Assembly (NCBI GenBank): GCA_963597045.1
Contig: CAVBOO010000001.1
Location: 1-54,503 of the forward strand
Origin: a bacterium
GTDB taxonomy: Bacteria; Actinomycetota; Coriobacteriia; Coriobacteriales; Eggerthellaceae
Reading direction: 5' to 3'
DNA: 54,503 nucleotides
In this document: in pieces, positions 36,979-46,376 of the stretch
Layout of the letters: every line of letters begins with the position of its first letter
Position numbering within the stretch: position 1 is the first letter of the stretch
Made by a program: the position numbers and the translations under genes
Notes under the pieces: model-generated
Databases searched by the model: none
What the model was told of the DNA's origin: nothing
The model's input: the letters and a program-made list of their open reading frames with translations, nothing else

Positions 36979-38277
36979 CTACTCGTAGCGACGGATGGTG
37001 CCGCCGCCGACTACCAAGTCCCCTTGGTACAGCACGACCGCCTGCCCGGTGGCGCAGGTGCGGATGGGCTCCAGGAACTCAACGACAAGCTCGCCGTTTT
37101 TCATCTGGGCAAGTGCGGGCACTTCCTTGGCACGGTAATTCACCTTAACCGTGACGGCTGTGGGCTGCGGCAGGTCCTTCACGCTGATGAGGTTCACGTC
37201 GTCGGCCCAAAGCTTGCTTACGTGCTGGCTCGATGCCGGCCCCACCACGAGCGTGTTGTTGGGGATATCTTTGGCAAGCACGTACAAAGGCTCGCTCCAG
37301 GCAATGCCCAAGCCCTTGCGCTGACCAGGGGTGTAGTGCACAAGCCCGATATGCTGCCCTACTACGGTGCCGTCTTCCAGGACAATGGGGCCGCCGCCTG
37401 GCAGCGAACCCTCGTGCTTTTGGATGAAGGCGGCGTAGTCGCCGTCGGGGACGAAGCAGATATCCTGGCTCTCGGCCTTCTCGGCGGTGGTGAAGCCATG
37501 GCGCCGCGCGATCTCGCGCGTGGCCTCCTTGGTGAGCTCACCCAAAGGGAAGAGCGTGTGCTTGAGCTGATCTTGGGTCATTCCGTACAGGACATAGCTT
37601 TGGTCCTTCTTAGGGTCCAAACCTTTTTTAAGCAGGTAGCGGCCGGTTTCTAAGTTGTAGGCGCGGCGCACGTAATGGCCGGTTGCCACGTAGTCGAACT
37701 CAAGCTGCTCGCGCCGGCGCTGCAGTGCGGTGAACTTGAGGAAGCGGTTGCAATCGATGCAGGGGTTAGGGGTCTCGCCGGCCAGGTAGGATTTGCAGAA
37801 CTTGTCCATGACGTCGGCTTCGAAGCGGTCGGTGAAGTTGAAGGCGAAATGATCAAGGCCCATGCTCCAGCATACGCTGCGCGCATCTTCGACGTCCTTC
37901 TGCGAGCAACAGGATTGATTCATCGCCTCGAGCTCGGCGTTGGCCAGCTGATCGTAGTCGAACAGGCGCATGGTGACGCCGATGACCTCAAAACCCGCCT
38001 CGTGCAAAAGAGCGCAGGCAACCGATGAATCCACGCCGCCGCTCATCGCGGCGATGACCTTGCCTTCGTTGGCTGCTACGTCGATGCCCGGCTCGATGCC
38101 GAACGAAAGGCTGCTGCCGGAGCCGCAGGGATTGGCGCAGTAGAGGCACTCGGGGTTTACGGGTGCCTCGTTGCCATGCGGTGCGCCGTCATGGGGCAGG
38201 TGGGCTGCGCCGCTGTTGAGCGCGTCTTGCTGCGGGGTATCGTCGGCGTCCGGGTTAAGAAGGATGACTTCGTCCAT
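36979..38277 (-). CDS. mnmA: tRNA 2-thiouridine(34) synthase MnmA (CxxC type) with an N-terminal extension
   Basis: AMSGGVDSS, TPNPCIDCN, ATGHY, KDQSY, SQDICF and GQRKGLG. Confidence 0.95.
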   Translation of the reverse strand: MDEVILLNPDADDTPQQDALNSGAAHLPHDGAPHGNEAPVNPECLYCANPCGSGSSLSFGIEPGIDVAANEGKVIAAMSGGVDSSVACALLHEAGFEVIGVTMRLFDYDQLANAELEAMNQSCCSQKDVEDARSVCWSMGLDHFAFNFTDRFEADVMDKFCKSYLAGETPNPCIDCNRFLKFTALQRRREQLEFDYVATGHYVRRAYNLETGRYLLKKGLDPKKDQSYVLYGMTQDQLKHTLFPLGELTKEATREIARRHGFTTAEKAESQDICFVPDGDYAAFIQKHEGSLPGGGPIVLEDGTVVGQHIGLVHYTPGQRKGLGIAWSEPLYVLAKDIPNNTLVVGPASSQHVSKLWADDVNLISVKDLPQPTAVTVKVNYRAKEVPALAQMKNGELVVEFLEPIRTCATGQAVVLYQGDLVVGGGTIRRYE

Positions 38278-38280
38278 GCG

Positions 38281-39138
38281 CTACGCCTCGCTTGCGCCCT
38301 GCATATCACGTGTGGCGACTTCGGGATACAGGCTCATGGTCTGGAAACGCTCCTGCATGAATTCGTCGCCGAAGTTCTGATCGAAGAATTCTTGCACGGG
38401 CGTGCTTACCTCAACGCCGGCGCTGCGCTCGAACCAGCAGTTGAAGGCTCCCAAGGTGAGCACGATGTCGGCCACGATGAAGATCGTGGCTGCTGCGGTA
38501 AGCCCGCAGGCGATGCGCTTGGGGATGAGCGCGATGACGTCCATGGTCAAGGGGAGCAGCATGCGTGTCCAAATAAGCCCGAGCGCACCCCAAACAAGGG
38601 CGATGCCAAGGCAGGTGTGGCCCATCAGATTGAAAGGCTGCCCTTCATAGCTCCAGGCAACAATGCCGAAAGCTTCCTCGAAGAAGAAGCCGGCGCAAAA
38701 TTCGAAGGCGCCTCCAAGCAGGGCTGCGAAGGCAAAGGTGTGCAAGGCCGTTTTGCCCTTCATGCCGTTCAGGCCGACGGTCATGAGCACGGCGCCCACG
38801 CCATAGATTGGTGAAAGCGGGCCCCACACAAAGCCGGCGCGGTCTTTCCAGATGCCGTCGATGGGGTAGCTGACGATGGTTTCCAAGAACAGGCCGACGA
38901 AGCTTGCGACCATGAAAATCCAGAACAGGTTGTAGAAGCTTAGCTCGATAAGCCCGTCGTCTGCCTGGTGGGCGTGACGGCTGGCGCGACGCTCTTCCAG
39001 GGCCTCGCGCAGCGTGGCGGCCTGCTGTTCCCCTTGAACCTGAGAGCCTTGCACGCTTGTGTTGCCTGCGCTCGCGTAGGCAAGCTGGCTTTCGTCAACG
39101 GGGGCTTCGTTGGTTCGGTATGTCTCGGTCTTCTTCAT
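38281..39138 (-). CDS. CmpB/TMEM229 (DUF1113)-like membrane protein
   Basis: FWIFMVASFVG..E, GPLSPIYGVGA, WSY....NLMGH and C-terminal FGDEFMQERF patterns. Confidence 0.75.
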   Translation of the reverse strand: MKKTETYRTNEAPVDESQLAYASAGNTSVQGSQVQGEQQAATLREALEERRASRHAHQADDGLIELSFYNLFWIFMVASFVGLFLETIVSYPIDGIWKDRAGFVWGPLSPIYGVGAVLMTVGLNGMKGKTALHTFAFAALLGGAFEFCAGFFFEEAFGIVAWSYEGQPFNLMGHTCLGIALVWGALGLIWTRMLLPLTMDVIALIPKRIACGLTAAATIFIVADIVLTLGAFNCWFERSAGVEVSTPVQEFFDQNFGDEFMQERFQTMSLYPEVATRDMQGASEA

Positions 39139-39378
39139 GGGTTGTAGAGTGTCTCACACTTTCCGATGCGCAGGTAATAGCCCCGGCGGGCATTTTTAAG
39201 AATAGATGGAAATATTACGGAAACATTAGGGCGCCTTCGAAACCATCTGCTCAAAAAATTATACAACGTGTATGATAAACGCTCTGCGAGAGGTAGATCA
39301 TCCCATGTGCCTGCCCTGCTGAAGCTCGATGCGGGGCCTTTTCGGGCAAGGATGATATGAACTAATAAAGGTGGGTTT

Positions 39379-42300
39379 ATGACATCGAACGCCCTGCCTT
39401 CGATCATTCATATCGGAGTCGACGTCGGCTCGACCACCACCAAACTGCTGGTGTTGGATCCGTCGACCCGCGACATTCTGTATTCCCGCTACAAGCGTCA
39501 CAACGCGCATCAGGCGGAAAGCCTGAAGGAGGCTCTGGCCGAGGTTGCCGAGCGTTTCGGCTCCTGCGCCTGGCGGGTGGCCCTGTGCGGCAGCGGTGGT
39601 GAGTCCCTGGCCAAGGCCACGGGCATTCCCTTCGTGCAGGAAGTGGTGGCGAACGCCCAGGCCGTCGCCGCACTGCACCCAACGGCGCGCTGCGCCATCG
39701 AGCTGGGCGGCCAGGACGCGAAGATGGTGTTCTTCCGCGAGGACGAGCGCACCGGTCAGCTAGCGGTAAGCGACATGCGCATGAACGGATCGTGCGCCGG
39801 CGGCACCGGCGCCTTCATCGACGAGATCGCCGCTTTGCTCAAGGTTCCCGTGGAGGAATACAACGAGCTTGCCTGCCAGGGCAGCGCCACCTACGACGTT
39901 TCGGGGCGTTGCGGCGTTTATGCCAAAACCGACATTCAGCCCCTGCTCAACCAGGGCGTTCCCAAGTCCGACATCGCCCTTTCGGCCTTCCATGCCGTGG
40001 CCAAGCAGACCATCGGCGGCTTGGCTCAGGGCTTGGACATCAATCCACCGGTGGTGTTCGAGGGCGGTCCCCTCACCTTCAACCCGCGGCTTATTCAGGT
40101 TTTCGCCGAGCGCTTGGAGCTTGCGCCCGAAGACGTCATCATCCCCGAGCATCCCGAGACCATCGTGGCCTACGGCGCGGCGCTTTCCTTGGAAACGCTG
40201 TTCGCCGATGAGCCGGGTTTCGAGAGCGGGGATGCGGCGCTGGCCTGCGTGGGCGTCCTGCATGCGGGCACGGCAACGGGGCCTCATGCCGAGCCTTTGT
40301 TCGCCGATAGGTCGGAGCGCGAGCGTTTCGAGGTGCGCCATCGTTTGGGCCTGGCAAGCCACGAGCCGAAGAAGGTCCGCGCGCATCGCGACCCTAGCCA
40401 GCCTTTGAAGGTGTATCTGGGCATCGATTCCGGTTCAACCACCACCAAGTTCGCCCTTATCGATGAGGATGGCTTGCTGGTAGATAGCTTCTACGCGTCG
40501 AACGAGGGCGAGCCCCTGGCGATTTTGAAGCAGGCTCTGCTGGACATGCACGCGAAGTATCAGGCTGCGGGTACCGAGCTCGAGATTGCGGGCGTTGGCA
40601 CCACCGGCTACGGCGAGCTGCTGTTCGCCCAGGCGCTTCATGCCGACCATCACACGGTGGAAACCGTGGTGCACGCCCATGCAGCTACGAGCTACGTGCC
40701 CGATGCTACCTTCATCCTGGACATCGGCGGTCAGGACATGAAGGCCATCTGGCTTGACGACGGCATCATCACCGACATCGTGGTCAACGAGGCCTGCTCG
40801 TCGGGCTGCGGATCGTTCTTGGAATCTTTTGCTTCCAACCTGGGGATCAAGGTCCAGGACATCGCGGAGGCGGCCTTCCGCTCTAAGAATCCCGCCGTAC
40901 TCGGCAGCCGCTGTACGGTGTTCATGAATTCCTCCATCGTCTCCGAGCAGCGCAACGGCAAAACGCCCGACGACATCATGGCGGGCCTGTGCCGCTCCAT
41001 CATCGAGAACGTGTTTACCAAGGTCATTCGCGTAAGCAACTTGGATTCGCTGGGCAAGCGCATCGTGGTGCAGGGCGGCACTTTCCAAAACGACGCTGTG
41101 CTCCGCGCTCTTGAGCAGTACACCGACCGCGAGGTCGTGCGTGCCCCGTACCCGGGGCTCATGGGCGCCATCGGCGAGGCCTTGCTTGTTAAAGAGCAGA
41201 TGGAAAACCGCCCCGATGCCAGCAAGCGCTCGAGCTTCATCGGCTTTGGCGCGCTTGAAAAACTCACCTATACCCAGGAAACCAATCTTAGGTGCCCGTT
41301 CTGCTCCAACCACTGCAACCGCACGCGCACCATTTTCAGCGATGGCACCACTTGGATGACCGGGCATCGCTGCTCCCGCGGCGAGATCGTGGGCGACCCG
41401 CACGACGATGCCATCCGCGAGCAGGTGCGCGCTGCCCTTAAGAACGATCAAAAAGTTCCTAACCTCTATGAAGTGCGCGAGCGCCTTCTTTTGAAGGAGC
41501 GCCCGGTTGAGCAGCTGTGCGACGACCAGGGCATCACCATCGGCATCCCACGGGTTTTGGCCTATTGGGATCGCCTGCCCTTCTGGCGCGCGGTGTTCGA
41601 GAGCCTCGGTTTCAAGGTCGTGGTAAGCGGCGCCTCCACGCGCAAGATTTACGAACAGGGCCTATCGGCGGTCACCTCCGATACCGTGTGCTTCCCGGCG
41701 AAGCTGGTGCACGGACACGTGCGCGACCTGGTTCGCCGCAAGGTGGATCGCATCTGGTATCCGATCCTGACAACCATTCCTTCCGAAAACGCCATGTCAA
41801 CCTCGGAGTCGATGTGCGCCGTCGTCAAGGGATACCCCATCGTCATGCAGAACTCCGACAACACCGAGCGCGAGTTCGACGTCCCGATGCTGTCGCCTTT
41901 GTTCCACTGGTACACCTACGAGGATCGCGATAGGCAGCTCGGCGAGTACCTGCACAAGGAGTTCGGGATCGAGCGCATGGTGGCGCTTAACGCGATTCGC
42001 CAAGGCGACGCCGCGCTCGACGTTTTCCGCAACGAGCTTGAGGCCTGGGGCGAAAGCGTTTTGGACGAGGTGAAGAAGGAAGGCCGCTACGCCGTCGTTT
42101 TGGCGGGGCGCCCTTACCATAACGACCCGTTGGTCAACCACGATCTGCCGCATTTCTTCACCGAGCTGGGCATTCCCGTGCTCACGGCCGACAGCGTTCC
42201 CGGGCGCAACGAGGTCGATCTTTCCAACCTGCTCATCGATGTGGTGAACAACTTCCACGCGCGCATGCTTTCGAGTGCGGTTATATCGGCGCGAAGCGAG

Positions 42301-43866
42301 AACCTGGAATATGTGCAGATCGTCAGCTTCGGCTGTGGCCACGACGCCTACCTTTCCGACGAGATCATCCGCATCTCCAAAGAAATCTCGGGCAAGACGC
42401 CGCTGGTCCTGAAAGTCGACGAGTCCGATATCCAGGGTCCTCTGCGTATCCGTGTGCGTTCCTTCATCGAAAGCGTCAATGCTCGTCGAGGCTTGCCGAG
42501 CACCAGCGAGATCGAATCGGGGATTGCTCCGAAGAACTCTTGTTCGGGCTGCGCTGCAGCCTGCGCGGCGTTCGAGCTTCATGAGCTTGAGGATCCGTAC
42601 CCTCAGAAGTTCACCAAGGCCGACCTTAAGGAAAAGACCTTGCTGGTTCCCAACACCAGCCACGCTTTCAGCATGCTGATGGCCGCCGCCTTCGCGCGCG
42701 ACGGCCTGAAGACCCAGGCGCTCCCCGTAGGGCGCGAGGAAGCTATCCGACTGGGTAAGAAGTATGTGCACAACGATATCTGCTTCCCTTGTCAAATCGT
42801 CATCGGCGAGGCTTTGGCGGCCTTGGAATCCGGCGAGTACGACCCGGATAAAGTTGCCATCTGCCAGGGGAAATACATCGGAGATTGCCGCCTGACCCAT
42901 TACGCGGCCTTAACGCGCAAAGCGCTCGACGACGCCGGCTACCCGCAGGTTCCCATCGTCACCAACGACGATGTCGACTTTCATAACCTGCACCCTGGCT
43001 ACAAGATGAGCTTGCCTGCGGCGATTCGTATTGCCTTCACGCTTCCCGTCATCGACGTGATGGAAGAGCTGCTTCGCAAAATTCGCCCCTACGAGTTGGA
43101 GAAGGGCAGTACGCAGAAGGCCTTTGATCAGGGAATCGACCTGATCATGGATGGCTTGCGTGAGCGTGGCATCAGGGGCATGCGCCGCGGCTTCAAGCGT
43201 GCGCTCAAGCTCATGCGAGAGGTGGAATACGACCGCAGCAACCCCCGCCCGACCGTCCTGATCGTGGGCGAGTATCTGCTCAACTTCCATCCCGGCGCCA
43301 ACCACGACATCGAACTTTACCTGGAGGAAAACGGCCTCGAGGTTATCGAGGCGCGCATGACCGACGTTATTCGCAAGTCGTACTTCTACAAGGATCGCCA
43401 GGTCAAGGAGTACAAGCTTAACAAGCCCTTCGACTACAAGGCCATGTTCGCCGTTGAGGACAAGTTCTTCGACCTGGCGCATGACGCCTGCGACCGCATT
43501 GCCAAGGAACATCCGCTCTACAAGCCCGCCAAGCGCATGGACGAGCTGGTGAAGGCGTCCGATCCGATCATTCACCACACCTTCGACGCCGGCGAGGGCG
43601 TGCTGATCCCCGGCGAGATTCTGCATCATGCCGAGGAAGGCTGTCGTGCCTTCGTTATCCTGCAACCCTTCGGCTGCCTGCCCAACCATGTGGTTGGACG
43701 CGGTGTTGCCAAGCGCCTGAAGGAGATGTATCCCGACGCGCAGATTCTCCCGCTCGATTACGACCCCGACGTCAGCTTCGCCAACATCGAGAACCGTTTG
43801 CAGATGCTTATCATGAACGCCCGCGCCGCCGCGGACTCCGATTCGTCACCGAAGGAAAGTGAGTAG
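39379..43866 (+). CDS. Fused double BcrAD/BadFG activase + DUF2229/HGD-D reductase protein; probable single-chain plasmalogen synthase (PlsAR-like)
   Basis: Two ASKHA modules (GVDVGSTTTK...GGQDAK...CAGGTG...RCGVY and GIDSGSTTTK...GGQDMK...CSSGCG...RCTVF). Followed by CFPAK, SFGCGHD, NDICFP and QPFGCLPNH reductase motifs. Confidence 0.8.
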   Translation: MTSNALPSIIHIGVDVGSTTTKLLVLDPSTRDILYSRYKRHNAHQAESLKEALAEVAERFGSCAWRVALCGSGGESLAKATGIPFVQEVVANAQAVAALHPTARCAIELGGQDAKMVFFREDERTGQLAVSDMRMNGSCAGGTGAFIDEIAALLKVPVEEYNELACQGSATYDVSGRCGVYAKTDIQPLLNQGVPKSDIALSAFHAVAKQTIGGLAQGLDINPPVVFEGGPLTFNPRLIQVFAERLELAPEDVIIPEHPETIVAYGAALSLETLFADEPGFESGDAALACVGVLHAGTATGPHAEPLFADRSERERFEVRHRLGLASHEPKKVRAHRDPSQPLKVYLGIDSGSTTTKFALIDEDGLLVDSFYASNEGEPLAILKQALLDMHAKYQAAGTELEIAGVGTTGYGELLFAQALHADHHTVETVVHAHAATSYVPDATFILDIGGQDMKAIWLDDGIITDIVVNEACSSGCGSFLESFASNLGIKVQDIAEAAFRSKNPAVLGSRCTVFMNSSIVSEQRNGKTPDDIMAGLCRSIIENVFTKVIRVSNLDSLGKRIVVQGGTFQNDAVLRALEQYTDREVVRAPYPGLMGAIGEALLVKEQMENRPDASKRSSFIGFGALEKLTYTQETNLRCPFCSNHCNRTRTIFSDGTTWMTGHRCSRGEIVGDPHDDAIREQVRAALKNDQKVPNLYEVRERLLLKERPVEQLCDDQGITIGIPRVLAYWDRLPFWRAVFESLGFKVVVSGASTRKIYEQGLSAVTSDTVCFPAKLVHGHVRDLVRRKVDRIWYPILTTIPSENAMSTSESMCAVVKGYPIVMQNSDNTEREFDVPMLSPLFHWYTYEDRDRQLGEYLHKEFGIERMVALNAIRQGDAALDVFRNELEAWGESVLDEVKKEGRYAVVLAGRPYHNDPLVNHDLPHFFTELGIPVLTADSVPGRNEVDLSNLLIDVVNNFHARMLSSAVISARSENLEYVQIVSFGCGHDAYLSDEIIRISKEISGKTPLVLKVDESDIQGPLRIRVRSFIESVNARRGLPSTSEIESGIAPKNSCSGCAAACAAFELHELEDPYPQKFTKADLKEKTLLVPNTSHAFSMLMAAAFARDGLKTQALPVGREEAIRLGKKYVHNDICFPCQIVIGEALAALESGEYDPDKVAICQGKYIGDCRLTHYAALTRKALDDAGYPQVPIVTNDDVDFHNLHPGYKMSLPAAIRIAFTLPVIDVMEELLRKIRPYELEKGSTQKAFDQGIDLIMDGLRERGIRGMRRGFKRALKLMREVEYDRSNPRPTVLIVGEYLLNFHPGANHDIELYLEENGLEVIEARMTDVIRKSYFYKDRQVKEYKLNKPFDYKAMFAVEDKFFDLAHDACDRIAKEHPLYKPAKRMDELVKASDPIIHHTFDAGEGVLIPGEILHHAEEGCRAFVILQPFGCLPNHVVGRGVAKRLKEMYPDAQILPLDYDPDVSFANIENRLQMLIMNARAAADSDSSPKESE

Positions 43867-43868
43867 GC

Positions 43869-44522
43869 ATGGGACGCCCACGCATTGATACCAACGAGCC
43901 CAGCGCCGTCGATCGTATTTACGAGGCATATTGGAGGCTGCTCGAGGACAACATGGTGAAGGACATCACCATCAGCATGGTTTCGTCGGCGGCAGGATGC
44001 AATCGCGGCACCTTCTACTATCACTTCAAGGATATGGATGACCTGCTCTACCGCGTTATCGAAAAAGACCTGATGGGGAGCGAAGATGAATCGTATGCGC
44101 ACCTGATCTTCAGGATGCTGGCCACCCCTTCTTCCGAGCTGCTGCTCGCGCAGGTTGAGAACAAGATGACCCGTCATCTGTATCTGCTTGCGAGCCAAGG
44201 CGGCATGGAGATCGTCAGCGGCAAGATCAAGGAGATCATCCGCAACATGTGGAAAAGCATCCTGTGCGAGGAAGGCCACGAGCTGAGTTTTGAGTCTCTT
44301 CTGCTGATCGAGTATTCCGTAAGTGGCTTGTTGTCGATCATCTTGATGGTGTGCAGCATGAAGGACCGAGGCTGCGATGTTCCCGAGAGCATCGATATGG
44401 ATGCCCTTCAGCAGGTTGCGCGCATTCAAATCGTCCGCCTTGCCCGGTTCGAGGGCGTGGAGCCTTCCGAGATCCTTCTGCGCTTGCAGATGTACGATAA
44501 GTTTTTGAAGAGCGGCGCCTAA
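43869..44522 (+). CDS. TetR/AcrR family regulator
   Basis: ITISMVSSAAGCNRGTFYYHF HTH. Starts 2 nt after the preceding stop. Confidence 0.9.
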   Translation: MGRPRIDTNEPSAVDRIYEAYWRLLEDNMVKDITISMVSSAAGCNRGTFYYHFKDMDDLLYRVIEKDLMGSEDESYAHLIFRMLATPSSELLLAQVENKMTRHLYLLASQGGMEIVSGKIKEIIRNMWKSILCEEGHELSFESLLLIEYSVSGLLSIILMVCSMKDRGCDVPESIDMDALQQVARIQIVRLARFEGVEPSEILLRLQMYDKFLKSGA

Positions 44523-44609
44523 AGCCCTGCTGGCCGCTTGGCTGGGATATGATTGCCCAATCGAGGTGCGGCAATGGAGCGCCGCTCCTGCATCCATGAA
44601 AGGGAAATC

Positions 44610-45533
44610 ATGCTTAAGGATTTGAAGACGCTCCGCAATCTGAACATTGCGGTTGTGGTTTTGTCGGCGATCGGAATCGGTGCCGCCGTCTTTGCGCTCA
44701 TCATGTGCGCCGTTGCCAATGCGGCCGTGAGTGCCGAGATGTCGGGTTCCTTCACGGTGGATTCGCTCGACATCGATGGCGCCATGGCTTATCCGGACGA
44801 TACGATTTCGGACATCCAGGCCCTGCATTCCACGATCATCGTCGCCGCCATCCTGTTTGTTTTGAGCCTTGTCGTTTCCGCGCTCAACTTGGCTGTTGGC
44901 ATCCAGGGCATGAACATCCTTAAGAACGAGAAGCGCCTAGACCGCATGTTCGTTCTTTTCATTGTTTTCTCTGTTATCAATGTGGTGGACGGCAATTTGA
45001 TTAGCGGTGTTTTGTTCATCATCTCCGCTGTTTTCATGTACAGGCTGCGCAAGGTTCCCTTCAGCGTTTTGTGCGAGCAGCAGGCTCATCCTGAGCTGAT
45101 GTTCGTTGGCCCCGGTTATCCTGCTCCTGCATATCCGTATGCTCAGCCGGCTCAGCCTTATGCTCAGCCCGGTTATGCTCAGGCGTCGTACGGCCAGCCT
45201 GCGGGCGCGCCGTATGGGCAGGCTGGTCAGGCTCAGCCTTATGGTCAGGCGCCTTGGGGCCAGCCGGTTCAACCCGCTCAACCTTGGGGCCAGCCTGCTG
45301 CTCCGGTTGATCCTTATGTGCAAGCCGCCCAGGCAGCCGCTCCTGTTGAGCCTGTTGCCGCGGCCGCTGAACCCGCACAAGCAGCCGAGCCCGCACAGCC
45401 TGCACAGGCCGAGGCTTCCGAGGAGACGGATGCCCCTGCCCAGGTAGCCGAGCCCGAGGTCCAGGCTGCTGAGCCCGTCGCCTCCACCGACGAGGGTGCG
45501 ACTGCAGAAGACGGCGAAAAGAAGAGCGAGTAA
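44610..45533 (+). CDS. Hypothetical membrane protein (~4 TM) with a P/Q/A/Y-rich then acidic tail
   Basis: Hydrophobic helices followed by AQP/GQP repeats. AAAGGG RBS. Confidence 0.75.
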   Translation: MLKDLKTLRNLNIAVVVLSAIGIGAAVFALIMCAVANAAVSAEMSGSFTVDSLDIDGAMAYPDDTISDIQALHSTIIVAAILFVLSLVVSALNLAVGIQGMNILKNEKRLDRMFVLFIVFSVINVVDGNLISGVLFIISAVFMYRLRKVPFSVLCEQQAHPELMFVGPGYPAPAYPYAQPAQPYAQPGYAQASYGQPAGAPYGQAGQAQPYGQAPWGQPVQPAQPWGQPAAPVDPYVQAAQAAAPVEPVAAAAEPAQAAEPAQPAQAEASEETDAPAQVAEPEVQAAEPVASTDEGATAEDGEKKSE

Positions 45534-45546
45534 GCTCGCCCTTCTT

Positions 45547-46326
45547 TTAGGCCTTGTTCACGGCGGCAACGCAGCCCGTGACAAACTCCCCAACGGGTTT
45601 TGCCGCCTGCGTGCCTTCCTTTTCAATAATCTTCACTATGGCGGAGCCCACGATGGCTCCGTCTGCTATTTCGGCCATGGATTGGGCCGCCGTCGCGTCG
45701 GAGATGCCGAAGCCGATGGCGATGGGCGTGTCCGTAGCCTCGCGGATCTTGGCGACGATGCTGCCCAGGTCCGTGGTGATCTTGCTGCGCGTTCCGGTGA
45801 CGCCGAGCGAGGAAACCAGGTAGATGAAGCCCTCGGCCTCACGCGCGATCATGCTGATGCGATCCTCGGAGGTCGGCGCGATCATCGAGATCAAATCGAG
45901 CCCTTGCTGGGCGAAGGCAGGTGCGAACTCCTCTTTTTCCTCGTAGGGAACGTCAGGCAGGATGATGCCGCACATGCCGGCGCGCGCCGCGTTTTCGGCG
46001 AACTTCTCGATCCCGTAGTGATACACCACGTTTCCGTAGGTCATGAACACCATGGCAACGTCGAGCTCCTTGTTCAACTCTTCGGCCATGGCGAAGATCT
46101 TGTCGGTGTCCACGCCGCCTTCGAGCGCGCGCAGGTTGGCTCCCTGGATAACGGGGCCCTCGGCGGTGGGATCGCTGAAGGGGATTCCGAGCTCAATCAC
46201 CTTCGCGCCGGCCTGGGCCATGGCGCGCACGACCTCGCGGGTGGTGTCGAGCGTTGGGTCTCCGCAGGTGACGAAGGGGATGAAGGCTTTACCATCGGCG
46301 AAGGCCGCGGCGAGTTTCTTGTTCAT
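45547..46326 (-). CDS. trpA: Tryptophan synthase alpha
   Basis: ELGIPFSDPTAEGPVIQ, SSLGVTG and GFGI. Confidence 0.97.
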   Translation of the reverse strand: MNKKLAAAFADGKAFIPFVTCGDPTLDTTREVVRAMAQAGAKVIELGIPFSDPTAEGPVIQGANLRALEGGVDTDKIFAMAEELNKELDVAMVFMTYGNVVYHYGIEKFAENAARAGMCGIILPDVPYEEKEEFAPAFAQQGLDLISMIAPTSEDRISMIAREAEGFIYLVSSLGVTGTRSKITTDLGSIVAKIREATDTPIAIGFGISDATAAQSMAEIADGAIVGSAIVKIIEKEGTQAAKPVGEFVTGCVAAVNKA

Positions 46327-46376
46327 GGGTGCTCCTTGGGTTTTAAGGGAAGATAAGCTGATGAAGTGGTGTTTGT

